DNA of 64,000 bases from Calditrichia bacterium (GCA_050633245.1 JBOEGD010000007.1:320640-384639); one strand, 5' to 3'. Shown: positions 38,515-50,166, numbered from the stretch's first letter. The notes: generated by a model not told the origin, from the sequence alone. Numbers and translations: made by a program.

Positions 38515-39407
38515 ACTTTCTAAGCGCACTTTGGCAGTTCGCCCGCCCGCATACAATCGTTGGTACCACATTAAGCGTGAGCGGTTTATTCGTTATTGCA
38601 ATGGCACATGCCAATAGCGGTATTGTCTTATGGCAGGAGTGGTTGATTACCCTTGTCAGCTGCCTTGGAGCAAACGTCTATATCGTTGGCTTAAATCAAC
38701 TTACCGACATCGAGATTGATCGAATAAACAAGCCCAACTTACCACTGGCCTCTGGTGCGATGTCTGAACGCACCGGGTGGAGTGTCATTCTAATATGCCT
38801 GTTCATCTCGCTTCTTGGCGCCTTTATCGGTGGCTACTACCTTCTGCTTACCGTTTTGATAAGTCTTTTTATCGGGACCGCGTACTCGCTGCCACCCATT
38901 CGCCTGAAGCGATTTCACTTTTGGGCGGCGGCCTGCATTTTCACCGTTCGCGGCGTTATCGTAAACCTTTTTCTTTTTCTACACTTTCACTTTCTCTACA
39001 GCAACAACTCTATCATTCCACTTCATGTATGGATTTTAACGGCATTCGTTTTCGGTCTAAGCCTGGTTATTGCCTGGTTTAAAGACATTCCGGATATGGA
39101 AGGTGATAGTCGCTTTCGCATTATCACGCTTAGCCTGCGATTGGGTGCACAGCGCGTTTTTCAGCTTGGCCTCGGCTTGCTTACCGTTTGCTACCTTGGT
39201 ATGGCTCTCACTGGAGCTTTAGGGCTGCCCGGAGTAAACGATACCGTTCTGATCATCTCGCACCTGGCCCTGCTGGCCTCCGCATGGATTGTCGGCAGAA
39301 AAGTTGACCCGACTGATCAGCAGACCATTACCCGCTTCTATCTGTTTGTGTGGGTACTATTTTTCGCAGAGTACCTGGTTTTTCCATTGGCCTGTGTTTT
39401 GGAATAG
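38511..39407 (+). CDS. Homogentisate phytyl/prenyltransferase (VTE2/HPT, UbiA superfamily)
   Basis: F.RPHTIVGT, NVYIVGLNQLTDIEIDRINKP.LPLASG, YSLPP.RLKRF, KDIPDMEGD, FY.F.W.LF..EY; ATGA overlap with upstream gene. Confidence 0.9.
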   Translation: MNFLSALWQFARPHTIVGTTLSVSGLFVIAMAHANSGIVLWQEWLITLVSCLGANVYIVGLNQLTDIEIDRINKPNLPLASGAMSERTGWSVILICLFISLLGAFIGGYYLLLTVLISLFIGTAYSLPPIRLKRFHFWAAACIFTVRGVIVNLFLFLHFHFLYSNNSIIPLHVWILTAFVFGLSLVIAWFKDIPDMEGDSRFRIITLSLRLGAQRVFQLGLGLLTVCYLGMALTGALGLPGVNDTVLIISHLALLASAWIVGRKVDPTDQQTITRFYLFVWVLFFAEYLVFPLACVLE

Positions 39408-39665
39408 TGTTCCAGATTGATTAATGATGATTTATGAGTGATGAGGGGTCATGGCGAATTGAAGGATTTCCCGTCTGTCCTTCAGCAAGAGTTTCATCAA
39501 TTAGCGTTAGTCAACTAGCGGTAACTTATCCAATTCTGTCTCCTGACCTCTTTTTAATCATCAATCACAATTCATTTATGCACATTTCCCCCTTTTTAAC
39601 TGGGAGAAAATGCCCGCCGATTATATATTGGACTTCGATAATCATTCACTTTTTATGAGGGATCT

Positions 39666-42452
39666 ATGGGACGCTGGGATAAGCTCAATATAAAGCCTGA
39701 AGGCACCGGGATAAGCCCCGAACTATCGTCACAAATAAATTTACTTGGCTCTTTGCTTGGCGAGGCAATCACAGAAACACTTGGTGAAGAACGACTAGGC
39801 CAAATAGAAGAACTACGACTGCTCTGCAAAAAAGCTTACAAGAAAGGCAGCGGGAAAAATCGCGATAAGGCGAATGAAATCATTCAGGGTATGAACCTTG
39901 ATGAGCTGCTTTGGCTATTGCGTTCCTACACTGCCTTTTTCCATCTTGTAAACAAGGCCGAGCAGCAGGAGATAATCCGCCAAAACCGCACGCGCGAACA
40001 GGCTTCCTCGGCTCAGAAGCCGCGTGCAGAATCGATTGCCGAAAGCATTGCTCTGTTAAAAAAGCAGGGCTATAGTCTGGAAGCCGTACTAAACGTGCTC
40101 TCCAATTTGCGAATCGAACCAACGCTCACTGCTCATCCCACAGAAGCCAGACGCGAAAGCGTGCTTTTTAAGCAACAAAACATTGCCAATTGCCTCAGCG
40201 AACTACAAAACGACTCGCTGACCGATCGTGAGCGCGAACAGCTTATCAACAACATTTATCAGGAAATCATGCTACTGCTGACCACCGATGAAACGCGTGT
40301 CGAACGGCTTACCGTAACTGATGAAGTTGGACAGGGACTTTTCTTTTTTAGCGGCACCATTTGGGAAATCATTCCTCGCATTTACGAGGATTTACAGCGA
40401 GCAATTGAAACGTATTATGGAGAGACTCCGGACTTACCGGTTGTCTTGCGCTATCGCTCCTGGATAGGTGGCGATCAGGATGGTAATCCATTCGTCACCC
40501 CCGATGTAAATCGCGAAACCCTGCGCAGACATCGCCTGACTGCATTAAATCAATTTCTGGAAGAGATGCATCGTCTGAGACAGGAACTAAGTATTTCCTC
40601 ACGCTTGCTTCCGGCACCTAAACGACTGTTGAAGTCTATCGAGAAGGACGCTGAAACTATTGCGATTGCACCCGACATTCTGCGGCTCTTCTCTTATGAG
40701 CCCTATCGTTTAAAGCTACTCTATATGCGCGAAAAGCTTCGTGAGCTGATTGCCGCAGAAGATGAACAACGTGACCCGAGAATTGGCTATACCAGTAAAA
40801 ACTACATCGCTGAGCTTGAACTAATTCGAGACTGTCTGGTTCAAAACGGACTGCCCAATCTTGCAAAGAACCCGCACCTCAACAACCTATTGCTTCGGGC
40901 AAAGACGTTTGGTTTCCACATTGCTGCACTTGATTTTCGTCAACACAGCAAAGTGCATGAGGAATCGGTAGCAGAGATTCTAAAGCTGGCTGGTGTCTGT
41001 AAAGATTATACCACTCGCCCGGAAGAGGAACGAATCGCACTATTGGAAAAAGAGTTGCGCAATCCACGACCATTAACATTTCCTAACAGTGGTTTGTCTG
41101 AACAAACGGCCACAACGCTGGACACATTAAAGCTGATTAATGGAGCCATTCAAAAAGATCCCGATGCCATTGGCTGCTACATTATCAGCATGACCCACGA
41201 TGTTAGTGACATGCTTGAAGTGATGCTTCTGGCAAAGGAAATGGGACTATGGTCTTATGCTAACGGCCGCGTAAAAACGCAGCTTGAAATCGTGCCATTG
41301 CTCGAAACAATTGATGATCTGAGTCGAATTGCACCATTAATGGAAACGATTTTCGAGCATCCGATTTGCCGGGCACAGATTAAACGCCACAAAGATTTTC
41401 AGGAAATCATGCTCGGTTATTCAGACAGCAATAAAGACGGTGGCTACTGGATGGCCAATTGGGCGCTTTATAAGGGGCAGGATGACCTTGCAAAAGTTTG
41501 TCGTGCTCACAATATCGACTTCCGAATGTTTCATGGTCGTGGTGGTAGCGTTGGCCGTGGTGGTGGACGCGCTAATCGCGCGATTCTCTCATTACCGGCA
41601 GTCAGCTACACCGGTGGTATTCGATTTACCGAGCAGGGCGAAGTCATTACATTTCGCTACGCGCTTCCGGATATCGCCCATCGCCATTTGGAACAGATTA
41701 TTAATGCGATGATTCAAGCTGAAGCACGCGGAACAGAAGCACCCAAGCTGGTGCGCAAAAGCCCGCAGGCGGTGTTCGATTTGCTGACAGAAATTGCAGA
41801 CACTTCCATGGAAGCTTATTTAAAGCTGATTAAGGATCTGGAATTCTGGAAGTGGTATATTGAAATTACACCGATTGAGCATATTAGCAGACTTCCCATT
41901 GCCTCTCGACCGGTATCACGTAAGGCCGCAGACAGCGTAGACTTTGAAGGTCTGCGCGCTATTCCCTGGGTCTTTGCCTGGACGCAAACCCGTTATAATC
42001 TACCAGGTTGGTACGGCACTGGCATCGCGCTTGAAAAAGCCGTTAAAGATGAAAAAAAGCTTAAAATGCTAAAGAAGCTGTATAAAGACTGGGCCTTCTT
42101 CCAAACCGTAGTAGACAATGCTCAGCTTGAAATGCGGCGCGTACATTTAATTGCCGCAAAATACTACGACAGTCTTTCCAAAAACAGCTACCATAAAACA
42201 GTCGTAAAAGATTTCAATAAGGCCACCACCGCCCTGCTTCTGATTACTGGTCAGAATGACATTCTTGATAATGCGCCGGTTTTGCAAAAATCCATTGATT
42301 TGCGCAACCCATATACCGACGTACTGAATTTGCTGCAGGTTGAACTGCTGCGTCGTTGGCATTCGGCGCGCCCGGCACAGAAGGAAAAACTTGGACAAGC
42401 GCTGTTTCTGAGTATTAATGGTGTTTCGGCAGCGATGCAGTCAACCGGCTAG
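39666..42452 (+). CDS. ppc: Phosphoenolpyruvate carboxylase
   Basis: LTAHPTE, SWIGGD.DGNP, MLGYSDSNKDGG, FHGRGGSVGRGGG, LRAIPWVFAWTQ, MQSTG end. Confidence 0.97.
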   Translation: MGRWDKLNIKPEGTGISPELSSQINLLGSLLGEAITETLGEERLGQIEELRLLCKKAYKKGSGKNRDKANEIIQGMNLDELLWLLRSYTAFFHLVNKAEQQEIIRQNRTREQASSAQKPRAESIAESIALLKKQGYSLEAVLNVLSNLRIEPTLTAHPTEARRESVLFKQQNIANCLSELQNDSLTDREREQLINNIYQEIMLLLTTDETRVERLTVTDEVGQGLFFFSGTIWEIIPRIYEDLQRAIETYYGETPDLPVVLRYRSWIGGDQDGNPFVTPDVNRETLRRHRLTALNQFLEEMHRLRQELSISSRLLPAPKRLLKSIEKDAETIAIAPDILRLFSYEPYRLKLLYMREKLRELIAAEDEQRDPRIGYTSKNYIAELELIRDCLVQNGLPNLAKNPHLNNLLLRAKTFGFHIAALDFRQHSKVHEESVAEILKLAGVCKDYTTRPEEERIALLEKELRNPRPLTFPNSGLSEQTATTLDTLKLINGAIQKDPDAIGCYIISMTHDVSDMLEVMLLAKEMGLWSYANGRVKTQLEIVPLLETIDDLSRIAPLMETIFEHPICRAQIKRHKDFQEIMLGYSDSNKDGGYWMANWALYKGQDDLAKVCRAHNIDFRMFHGRGGSVGRGGGRANRAILSLPAVSYTGGIRFTEQGEVITFRYALPDIAHRHLEQIINAMIQAEARGTEAPKLVRKSPQAVFDLLTEIADTSMEAYLKLIKDLEFWKWYIEITPIEHISRLPIASRPVSRKAADSVDFEGLRAIPWVFAWTQTRYNLPGWYGTGIALEKAVKDEKKLKMLKKLYKDWAFFQTVVDNAQLEMRRVHLIAAKYYDSLSKNSYHKTVVKDFNKATTALLLITGQNDILDNAPVLQKSIDLRNPYTDVLNLLQVELLRRWHSARPAQKEKLGQALFLSINGVSAAMQSTG

Positions 42453-42502
42453 AACATGGATAACTGATGATGAAAAACGATTGATGAACAGACACGAATG
42501 TG

Positions 42503-42525
42503 CGGTGAACGGTGAACGGTGAACG
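42503..42525 (+). repeat. (CGGTGAA)x3 tandem repeat
   Basis: Read directly. Confidence 0.8.
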
Positions 42526-42712
42526 AACGCGACTCTTGACATCGGGCAATTCCAGAATAAATTGCCCGATGCCCGATGCTCCCTCGGCTTCCTTTCCATC
42601 ACTCTTCAATAAATACATACTTTCCCCTGTGATTTCTGCACAGCAGGTATTGCATTAGCTTGCCAAACTATAAGCCCCACTAAATTTTTATATCGGAGTT
42701 AAGGAGAGGATT

Positions 42713-45700
42713 ATGCGATTCATTATCGGCCTATTTATTGTTACATCATTTGCTTTTGCACAAGGTAGCTCACAGAACGTCACGTTGAAGCGAACCTTTA
42801 CCAGTCATGAATTCGGTGGTATGGTCGCTTTCGGTGATTTTGTAGTTGCAGATGCACAAAATGAAGTTTACGGCGATGATTTGAAAGCTGCCCGCGGCTA
42901 TAAGGTTCATCCGTTGTCCAATGCATACGAGGTTAGCCCACGGATCTACTGGAGCGAGAGCAGCTGGTATGGCGCAATAGGGTATGTCGATAATAGTTTA
43001 TTTTATATTGCAAACTCGCGTATTCCCGGCTCAGAAACGACACTCGAAATTTTTACTGTCAGCGATAATGGTGTATCCTCTCTAGGGCGGAGCAATATTG
43101 GATCCTATGCATTCCCAGACTATATCGGAGCGGCCCCAGACCTAAATGCCCTTTTTCTGTCTAAGGGACAGACAACAATTTATGTATATGATATCACGAG
43201 CAGAACAAATCCGGTATATCTTGATTTAACAGTTCCAACGGGTAATCCAATTTATGAAACAACCACATATAATGGACACATTTTTTGCAGTACCACGAAC
43301 GGCATCGGTGTGTTCGAGATAAATCCAGCTGATCCAACACAGCTCACCGCTAAAACTCCAATTTCAATCACCGGAAGTCAACCTAAAATAGCCCGGGTAA
43401 ACGAAAAGCTCTATGTGGCATCACTGAATCAACTGAGGGTTTTCGACATATCCAACCCGGAGATGGTAGCATTAATCGGGTCATGGTCTTCATCGACATC
43501 AAACATTAATGATCTGGCTGTCAATGATGTGAACGAGCTTCTGCACGTTCAGCTTGGAAATCGTATAACCGTATTGGATGTTGCAGATCCGAATGCAATC
43601 AACGAGATAGGGCACTATCAATTTTCGACACCGCCATTTCAGATTGAAGCTTCCGGAGATGCTATTTATGCTCTTCATAACACGACGCTCAGTATATTGG
43701 AGTACACTGGCAATCAAGATGTCGTTCTTGCTCTGACTCCGACAAACCTTATCTTTGAGCAAATGGTTGGAGGAATCCCAATTAAAAAATCCGTTGTTAT
43801 TCGCAACAATGGAACCTCCCAGGCAGACATCCTCAGCTTGACAAGTTCATCTCAAACATTTTCTGTAAACGATACAACCCTAACGTTGAATCCTGGTGAG
43901 AGCGTGGTCAGAGAGGTGACATTTTATCCTGGACCATCGGTTAGCGGTCATACGGGACGGATAAATATCTATCACAACGGGGTTACATCTTCAGAGATTC
44001 TTCAATTACAAGCCCAAACCTTTCCAGACGAGTTTTCAATCTCTGTGTCTTCTCTCTGGTTAGAAGCTGCCCCAATCGGAGGATCTACCCAATCGTTCTT
44101 TTCTCTCTTTAACTCATCCTTGCAATATTCCATGCAGGTTGATAGCTATACACGAACTCATCCTTACTACTCTGGCCCATCTCTGTCAAATTATCCACTT
44201 GCTCCAAATGAAAATACGCTGCTTGACTTTACTTTTGCTCCGCTAACACCCGGTTATCACACTGATACTGTTACGGTACATTATCACGGGAAGACGAAAG
44301 CTATTCAAGTTACCGGGCATGCATATGGCCCATATGTTGAGCTTGCAACCGATACGCTGAAAATAGAGAGAACACAGCTTGGAAGCGTAGGGGAAAAAAC
44401 AGCCTTCCTGAAAAACACCGGTACGCAAGATGTAAACATAACGTTTATCGGGCAACCGGATGCACCTTTCAACGTTAGTTTGGACTCTATGAATATTCGT
44501 CCCGGAGACTCCCTGAGGATTCAGGTCAGCTTCTCCCCAACCCAAACAGGTTTTTATCATGATACTATGCTTCTCAGACATAATGCATTCACTTCTCCGA
44601 ACATTATTCATTTGACCGGCGAGGGTGTCTTTGGCAACGCGTCCAATATGGTATTGCTGGGCGGACGGGATACGCCCGGAAGTACGGAAGGGTTGACGCT
44701 GAACGATCGGATGGTTTTTTTAGCCGACAGCGGTAACGGTATTGTCGCGATGAACATAGCTGATCCACAAAACATTAGCGTAACCAGTGAGCTGCCGATT
44801 TTAGAGCGGTTACATCGAATTGAAACTATCGGCAACGTTGGTTACGCTGTAGCAGAAAACGGGTTCTTTTATACGCTAAACCTGGCAGACACTGCAGCAA
44901 TAGCACTGTATGACGATCTACCTCTTCCCGGCACGCCGAATGATATTGCACTACAGGGTCTATATGCGTACGTCTCTGCTGGCACTGAAGGTCTACGCAT
45001 CGTCAATATTGCTGATCCGGGCAATCCGTTTCAGCTTTCCTTTCTCAATTTACCTGGCTTTGCTTCCGGTGTAGCCGTTGAGGGTAATTATGCCTTCGTT
45101 GCATGCGGAGATAGCGGTTTGCAGGTAGTCGATGTTTCAAACCTGTTTAGTCCATTTGTAGCAGCAAGCTTGCCGGTCACCGGCAGCGCGAATGAGCTAC
45201 TTCTTGAGGGTGATCGTCTTTTTGTTTCGCTGACAAATGCAGGCGTGCAGGAAGTCAATGTAACTGACCCGCTGCAGCCACAGGCACAGCGTTTGATTGA
45301 TTCAGTTGGAGAATCTGTTGACCTCGCTACAAGCGGAGACACGCTTTATGTGGCCGCACTGGCAGACGGTGTGCGCGTTCACGATCTGTCGCAGAGCAAT
45401 GCCCCTGAGATCGCCTTCTACGAACTACCCGGAGACGTCTACTCAATTGAAGCTCGCTCAGACACTGTTTACGTGGCTGCCGGTAATTCCGGGCTCTTCG
45501 TATTACGCTTAGGTGTTGGGCCTGTCGGAACCGGAGAAGAGACACCGATAACAATCAACCAATTTGCATTACAGCAGAATTATCCGAATCCGTTCAATCC
45601 GGAAACGCGCATTACCTTCGACCTGCCGCAGCGCAGTAATGTTGAGCTGATCGTGTATGATTTACTGGGAAGAGAAGTTCAGACGCTAAAAAGCGAATCC

Positions 45701-45850
45701 CTTCCTGCCGGACACCATCAGGCAACCTGGAACGGACGCGACAACTCCGGCAAGCCACAAAGCAGCGGAGTGTATGTCTATCAGCTACAGTATGAAACGG
45801 CCGATGGTCAGCGGGGCATGCTTAGCGAGAAGATGATCATGATCAAATGA
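42713..45850 (+). CDS. Secreted protein: two LVIVD-repeat propellers flanking three ASH/choice-of-anchor-D-like Ig domains, plus CTD
   Basis: GL.IV(N/D)I.DP..P and YAYV repeats, I.N.GT..L Ig motifs, NYPNPFNP tail. Confidence 0.8.
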   Translation: MRFIIGLFIVTSFAFAQGSSQNVTLKRTFTSHEFGGMVAFGDFVVADAQNEVYGDDLKAARGYKVHPLSNAYEVSPRIYWSESSWYGAIGYVDNSLFYIANSRIPGSETTLEIFTVSDNGVSSLGRSNIGSYAFPDYIGAAPDLNALFLSKGQTTIYVYDITSRTNPVYLDLTVPTGNPIYETTTYNGHIFCSTTNGIGVFEINPADPTQLTAKTPISITGSQPKIARVNEKLYVASLNQLRVFDISNPEMVALIGSWSSSTSNINDLAVNDVNELLHVQLGNRITVLDVADPNAINEIGHYQFSTPPFQIEASGDAIYALHNTTLSILEYTGNQDVVLALTPTNLIFEQMVGGIPIKKSVVIRNNGTSQADILSLTSSSQTFSVNDTTLTLNPGESVVREVTFYPGPSVSGHTGRINIYHNGVTSSEILQLQAQTFPDEFSISVSSLWLEAAPIGGSTQSFFSLFNSSLQYSMQVDSYTRTHPYYSGPSLSNYPLAPNENTLLDFTFAPLTPGYHTDTVTVHYHGKTKAIQVTGHAYGPYVELATDTLKIERTQLGSVGEKTAFLKNTGTQDVNITFIGQPDAPFNVSLDSMNIRPGDSLRIQVSFSPTQTGFYHDTMLLRHNAFTSPNIIHLTGEGVFGNASNMVLLGGRDTPGSTEGLTLNDRMVFLADSGNGIVAMNIADPQNISVTSELPILERLHRIETIGNVGYAVAENGFFYTLNLADTAAIALYDDLPLPGTPNDIALQGLYAYVSAGTEGLRIVNIADPGNPFQLSFLNLPGFASGVAVEGNYAFVACGDSGLQVVDVSNLFSPFVAASLPVTGSANELLLEGDRLFVSLTNAGVQEVNVTDPLQPQAQRLIDSVGESVDLATSGDTLYVAALADGVRVHDLSQSNAPEIAFYELPGDVYSIEARSDTVYVAAGNSGLFVLRLGVGPVGTGEETPITINQFALQQNYPNPFNPETRITFDLPQRSNVELIVYDLLGREVQTLKSESLPAGHHQATWNGRDNSGKPQSSGVYVYQLQYETADGQRGMLSEKMIMIK

Positions 45851-45884
45851 TGTATTATGAGTGATGAGTTATGATTTATGATTT

Positions 45885-45912
45885 AACGGTGAACGGTGAA
45901 CGGTGAACGGTG
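45885..45912 (+). repeat. (AACGGTG)x4 tandem repeat
   Basis: Read directly. Confidence 0.85.
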
Positions 45913-45962
45913 AATAATTTAGCTCAAACTCTGACCGTTTCTCACTTTCTTTTCTCACTAAA

Positions 45963-46011
45963 TTGCCCGTTGCCCGTTGCCCGTTGCCCGTTGCCCGTTG
46001 CCCGTTGCCCG
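45963..46011 (+). repeat. (TTGCCCG)x7 tandem repeat
   Basis: Read directly. Confidence 0.9.
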
Positions 46012-46029
46012 TTGCCGACTCACGTCTTG

Positions 46030-47148
46030 CTACTCTCTACTCACCCCTGCATCTACCCAATCCTCAATTATTCCGGCCAGCTGCTCAAACTCAATCAAAA
46101 AGGCATCATGCCCATGAATCGAATCTATTTCTGCATAGTGTGCTCCGGGAATCGATTCGACAATGTCTCGCTGCTCTTCCGGTGGATAAAGTACATCTGA
46201 CGATATGCCAATGCACAGTGCTTCGCAGGAAATGGGTAAGACGCCATTCACATTGCGATCGCGTTTCAGATCATGCGCATCCATTGCCCGGGTAATTGTC
46301 AGATAGGTATTCGCGTCAAAACGCTTAACCAACTTCCTGCCCTGATAACGCAGATAATTTTCTACCTTAAAACGATATTTTGCTTCTCCCCCATTCTCTT
46401 CACGACCAAAACGCTTTTCATAGGCAGGATGACTACGATAGGTAACCATGGCAATCATCCGAGCCAGAGAAAGTCCGCTTTCAGGCTGATCGGTATAATC
46501 ACCTTTTAACCAGGCCGGATCATTTTGAATAGCCAGTCGTGCGGTTTCATTGAGTCCTATTGCCCATGCAGAATGTCGCGCCGAGGTGGCAATAGGTACA
46601 ATTTTGTTAATGATGTCTCCATGCATGGCTCCCCATTCCAATACCTGCATTCCACCAAGTGACGCCCCAATCACGGTATCTAATCGCCTTACCCCGAGCT
46701 GTTGCAACAGGCGATACTGAACCGCAACCATATCGCGTACCGTAATCGTTGGAAAGTCTGTTCCATAGCGTTCCCCCGTATTCGGATCAATACTTCGCGG
46801 TCCGGTCGTGCCATAACAGCCCCCCAGAACATTCGAGCAAATTATAAAATGCTCAGACGGATCAAAAATCTTGCCTTTACCTATTAGTCCATTCCACCAG
46901 CCCCTTGGCTGTCCGTCAGCTGTTAGACTGGGTTGCCCGTCAATATCCAGATCTGCAACATGAGCATTACCGGTCAGGGCATGACAAACAAGCACGGCAT
47001 TGTCTGCCTGTGCATTCAGCTTACCATACGTTTCATAAGCAACTATTACTTCCTCAAGCTGCCGACCAAACTGTAATATCAACGGATTCTCTGTCGATGC
47101 GACAAAGCGATATTGAGTATTCGAATGTATCTCGGCAGTAATGCTCAT
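46030..47148 (-). CDS. metX: Homoserine O-acetyltransferase
   Basis: CHALTG, GASLGGMQ nucleophile, SSD.LYP, HGHDAFL; start likely MSITAE overlapping the upstream stop. Confidence 0.92.
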   Translation of the reverse strand: MSITAEIHSNTQYRFVASTENPLILQFGRQLEEVIVAYETYGKLNAQADNAVLVCHALTGNAHVADLDIDGQPSLTADGQPRGWWNGLIGKGKIFDPSEHFIICSNVLGGCYGTTGPRSIDPNTGERYGTDFPTITVRDMVAVQYRLLQQLGVRRLDTVIGASLGGMQVLEWGAMHGDIINKIVPIATSARHSAWAIGLNETARLAIQNDPAWLKGDYTDQPESGLSLARMIAMVTYRSHPAYEKRFGREENGGEAKYRFKVENYLRYQGRKLVKRFDANTYLTITRAMDAHDLKRDRNVNGVLPISCEALCIGISSDVLYPPEEQRDIVESIPGAHYAEIDSIHGHDAFLIEFEQLAGIIEDWVDAGVSRE

Positions 47149-48575
47149 CCCGCACTCCTTGCACACACAATACCGACAGGTGCAGATTCACGATCTCTTT
47201 CATCCGCAATTAGCGCCTCATGTAGAAGCGGAATTAGTCGGTTGACAGATAATTCCGGTACAATCAGCGAAAAAGTATTTAGATTTGATTGAGTCACCTG
47301 CAGCGGCCTTTCTTCCAGATGTTCCAACACTTCAATTAGTGAAGCAGCATGCCGAAACGGTAACTGACTGGATACGATGCTAATGCGCGCAAGATTATCT
47401 GTTCGTTCAACAGCCAATGAATGTAATCCGGGCTGCCTGTTAACGAGCTCGTTCTCGATGCCGTGCATTACAAGAGTCGCCTCATCGGTGTGGAGCAGAA
47501 GGCGTAGAATTGCGCTATTACGATCCGTTTCGCAATGCAAGACAAGGCTTCCATTCCTTACCAAAAACGCATAAACCTCAGCAAGCATACCGGGAAATGC
47601 GTCGATCTCGAATCCAGAAATCGTTATTAAACTCAAATCGACCTGCGAAGCAATCGCGTCAAAATGCTTCGTATCAGCAGCATAACTGGAAATTCGAGTT
47701 CCACTTTCATCAGGTTTGAAAGTATTACGAATCTGCAGCGGTATACTGTTCTCGATGAGTGGTGTAATCGTTTTGGGATGCAGAACCTTTGCCCCAAGAC
47801 GGGACAAGTTCTCAGCATCGCTATAGCTGAGTTCCTTAATTATTTCAGCAGAATGCAATGCCTGGGGATCGACATTCATCACCCCATCCACATCTGTCCA
47901 TATTTCAAGTCGCTCCGCAGCCAATGCAGAGGCAATTATTGCCGCAGAATAATCAGAACCTCCTCTGCCAAGAGTAGTCGTTACTCCGGCATTCGTGCCA
48001 CCAATAAAACCGCCGACAATGGCAACTGTCTTCTCGGGCAGCTCACACATCAAGCTGCGGATTCGTCTGGCACTCTCGGAGAAGTCGATACTTGCTTTGC
48101 CATGACGAGCATCTGTTCGAATAAGTTCGACCGGATTGAATACGATTGCCGCCTGGCCACGGCTGCGTAACGCAGCACCAACCAACTCCGCAGATAAATG
48201 CTCTCCTTTGCTCAGTACCGAATCACGGATTTTAGCGGACGCTTCCCGCAAAAGTCGTACTCCGCTCAACTGCTGAACCAGCTGAAAACAGATGCGATCA
48301 AGCAAGCTGTTTAGTCGATTTTGCTCAGTCTCATTCAAATATGCTGTAATGATCCCTATATGACGGCAGCGCAGCTTCTCGATACTTCCTTGCCAATCAC
48401 TTCCACCAATTGCAGCATTTGTCAGTGCAGCATCAAGCTGGTTGGTTACGCCGCTCAGGGCTGAGGCCACCACGCAGAGTCGCGTGGTCTCATTTTTGTT
48501 CTTTATGATAGTTAACGCGTGTTCAAACGCCTCGGCGGCCCCCAATGAAGTGCCACCAAACTTTATAACCTGCAT
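47145..48575 (-). CDS. Aspartate kinase (AK plus degenerate ACT domains, no HSDH)
   Basis: KFGGTS, ASALSGVTN, TTTLGRGGSDYSA, WTDVDGV, GAKVLHP. Confidence 0.9.
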   Translation of the reverse strand: MQVIKFGGTSLGAAEAFEHALTIIKNKNETTRLCVVASALSGVTNQLDAALTNAAIGGSDWQGSIEKLRCRHIGIITAYLNETEQNRLNSLLDRICFQLVQQLSGVRLLREASAKIRDSVLSKGEHLSAELVGAALRSRGQAAIVFNPVELIRTDARHGKASIDFSESARRIRSLMCELPEKTVAIVGGFIGGTNAGVTTTLGRGGSDYSAAIIASALAAERLEIWTDVDGVMNVDPQALHSAEIIKELSYSDAENLSRLGAKVLHPKTITPLIENSIPLQIRNTFKPDESGTRISSYAADTKHFDAIASQVDLSLITISGFEIDAFPGMLAEVYAFLVRNGSLVLHCETDRNSAILRLLLHTDEATLVMHGIENELVNRQPGLHSLAVERTDNLARISIVSSQLPFRHAASLIEVLEHLEERPLQVTQSNLNTFSLIVPELSVNRLIPLLHEALIADERDRESAPVGIVCARSAG

Positions 48576-48595
48576 GGTCTTTTTCTCCTGTTACG

Positions 48596-49960
<1,365 letters not shown>

Positions 49961-50002
49961 TCAGTCTGGTGGTGGATTCAAGTCCGGTAATTCGAGGGAA
50001 TG

Positions 50003-50039
50003 AAAAAACCCTCTTCTACCGGAGAGTAGAAGAGGGTTT
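50003..50039 (-). terminator. Riboswitch expression-platform terminator
   Basis: Minus strand AAACCCTCTTCTAC-TCTCCG-GTAGAAGAGGGTTTTTT; 5' arm complementary to GAGAAGAG at the aptamer 3' end (antiterminator). Confidence 0.85.
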
Positions 50040-50058
50040 GATTTTATATCGTTCTCTT

Positions 50059-50166
50059 CTCATCTCTCCCTGCGATTCTACATCGCGGGCAGGAATTAGC
50101 ACCTTGTCAGAATTGACAGGTTGCCAAGGCATCAACGGGCCTGAACCCTACACCTTTCTTGATGAG
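50059..50166 (-). ncRNA. SAM-I (S-box) riboswitch
   Basis: Minus strand CTCATCAAGA.AGG..AGGG..CAGGCCC..TGA..CC..GGCAACC...GGTGCTAATTCC...AGATGAG, upstream of the met genes. Confidence 0.93.

Noticed and set aside
42713-45850. Apparent GC shift between the 5' and 3' halves of the LVIVD gene (mosaic origin)
   Set aside because: Spot counts were inconsistent (21/60, 32/60 and 36/60 GC in three lines); a sliding-window calculation is needed
45910-46295. Short ORFs with (CPLPVAR)n peptides
   Set aside because: They are translations of the (TTGCCCG)7 repeat and overlap metX antisense; not credible genes
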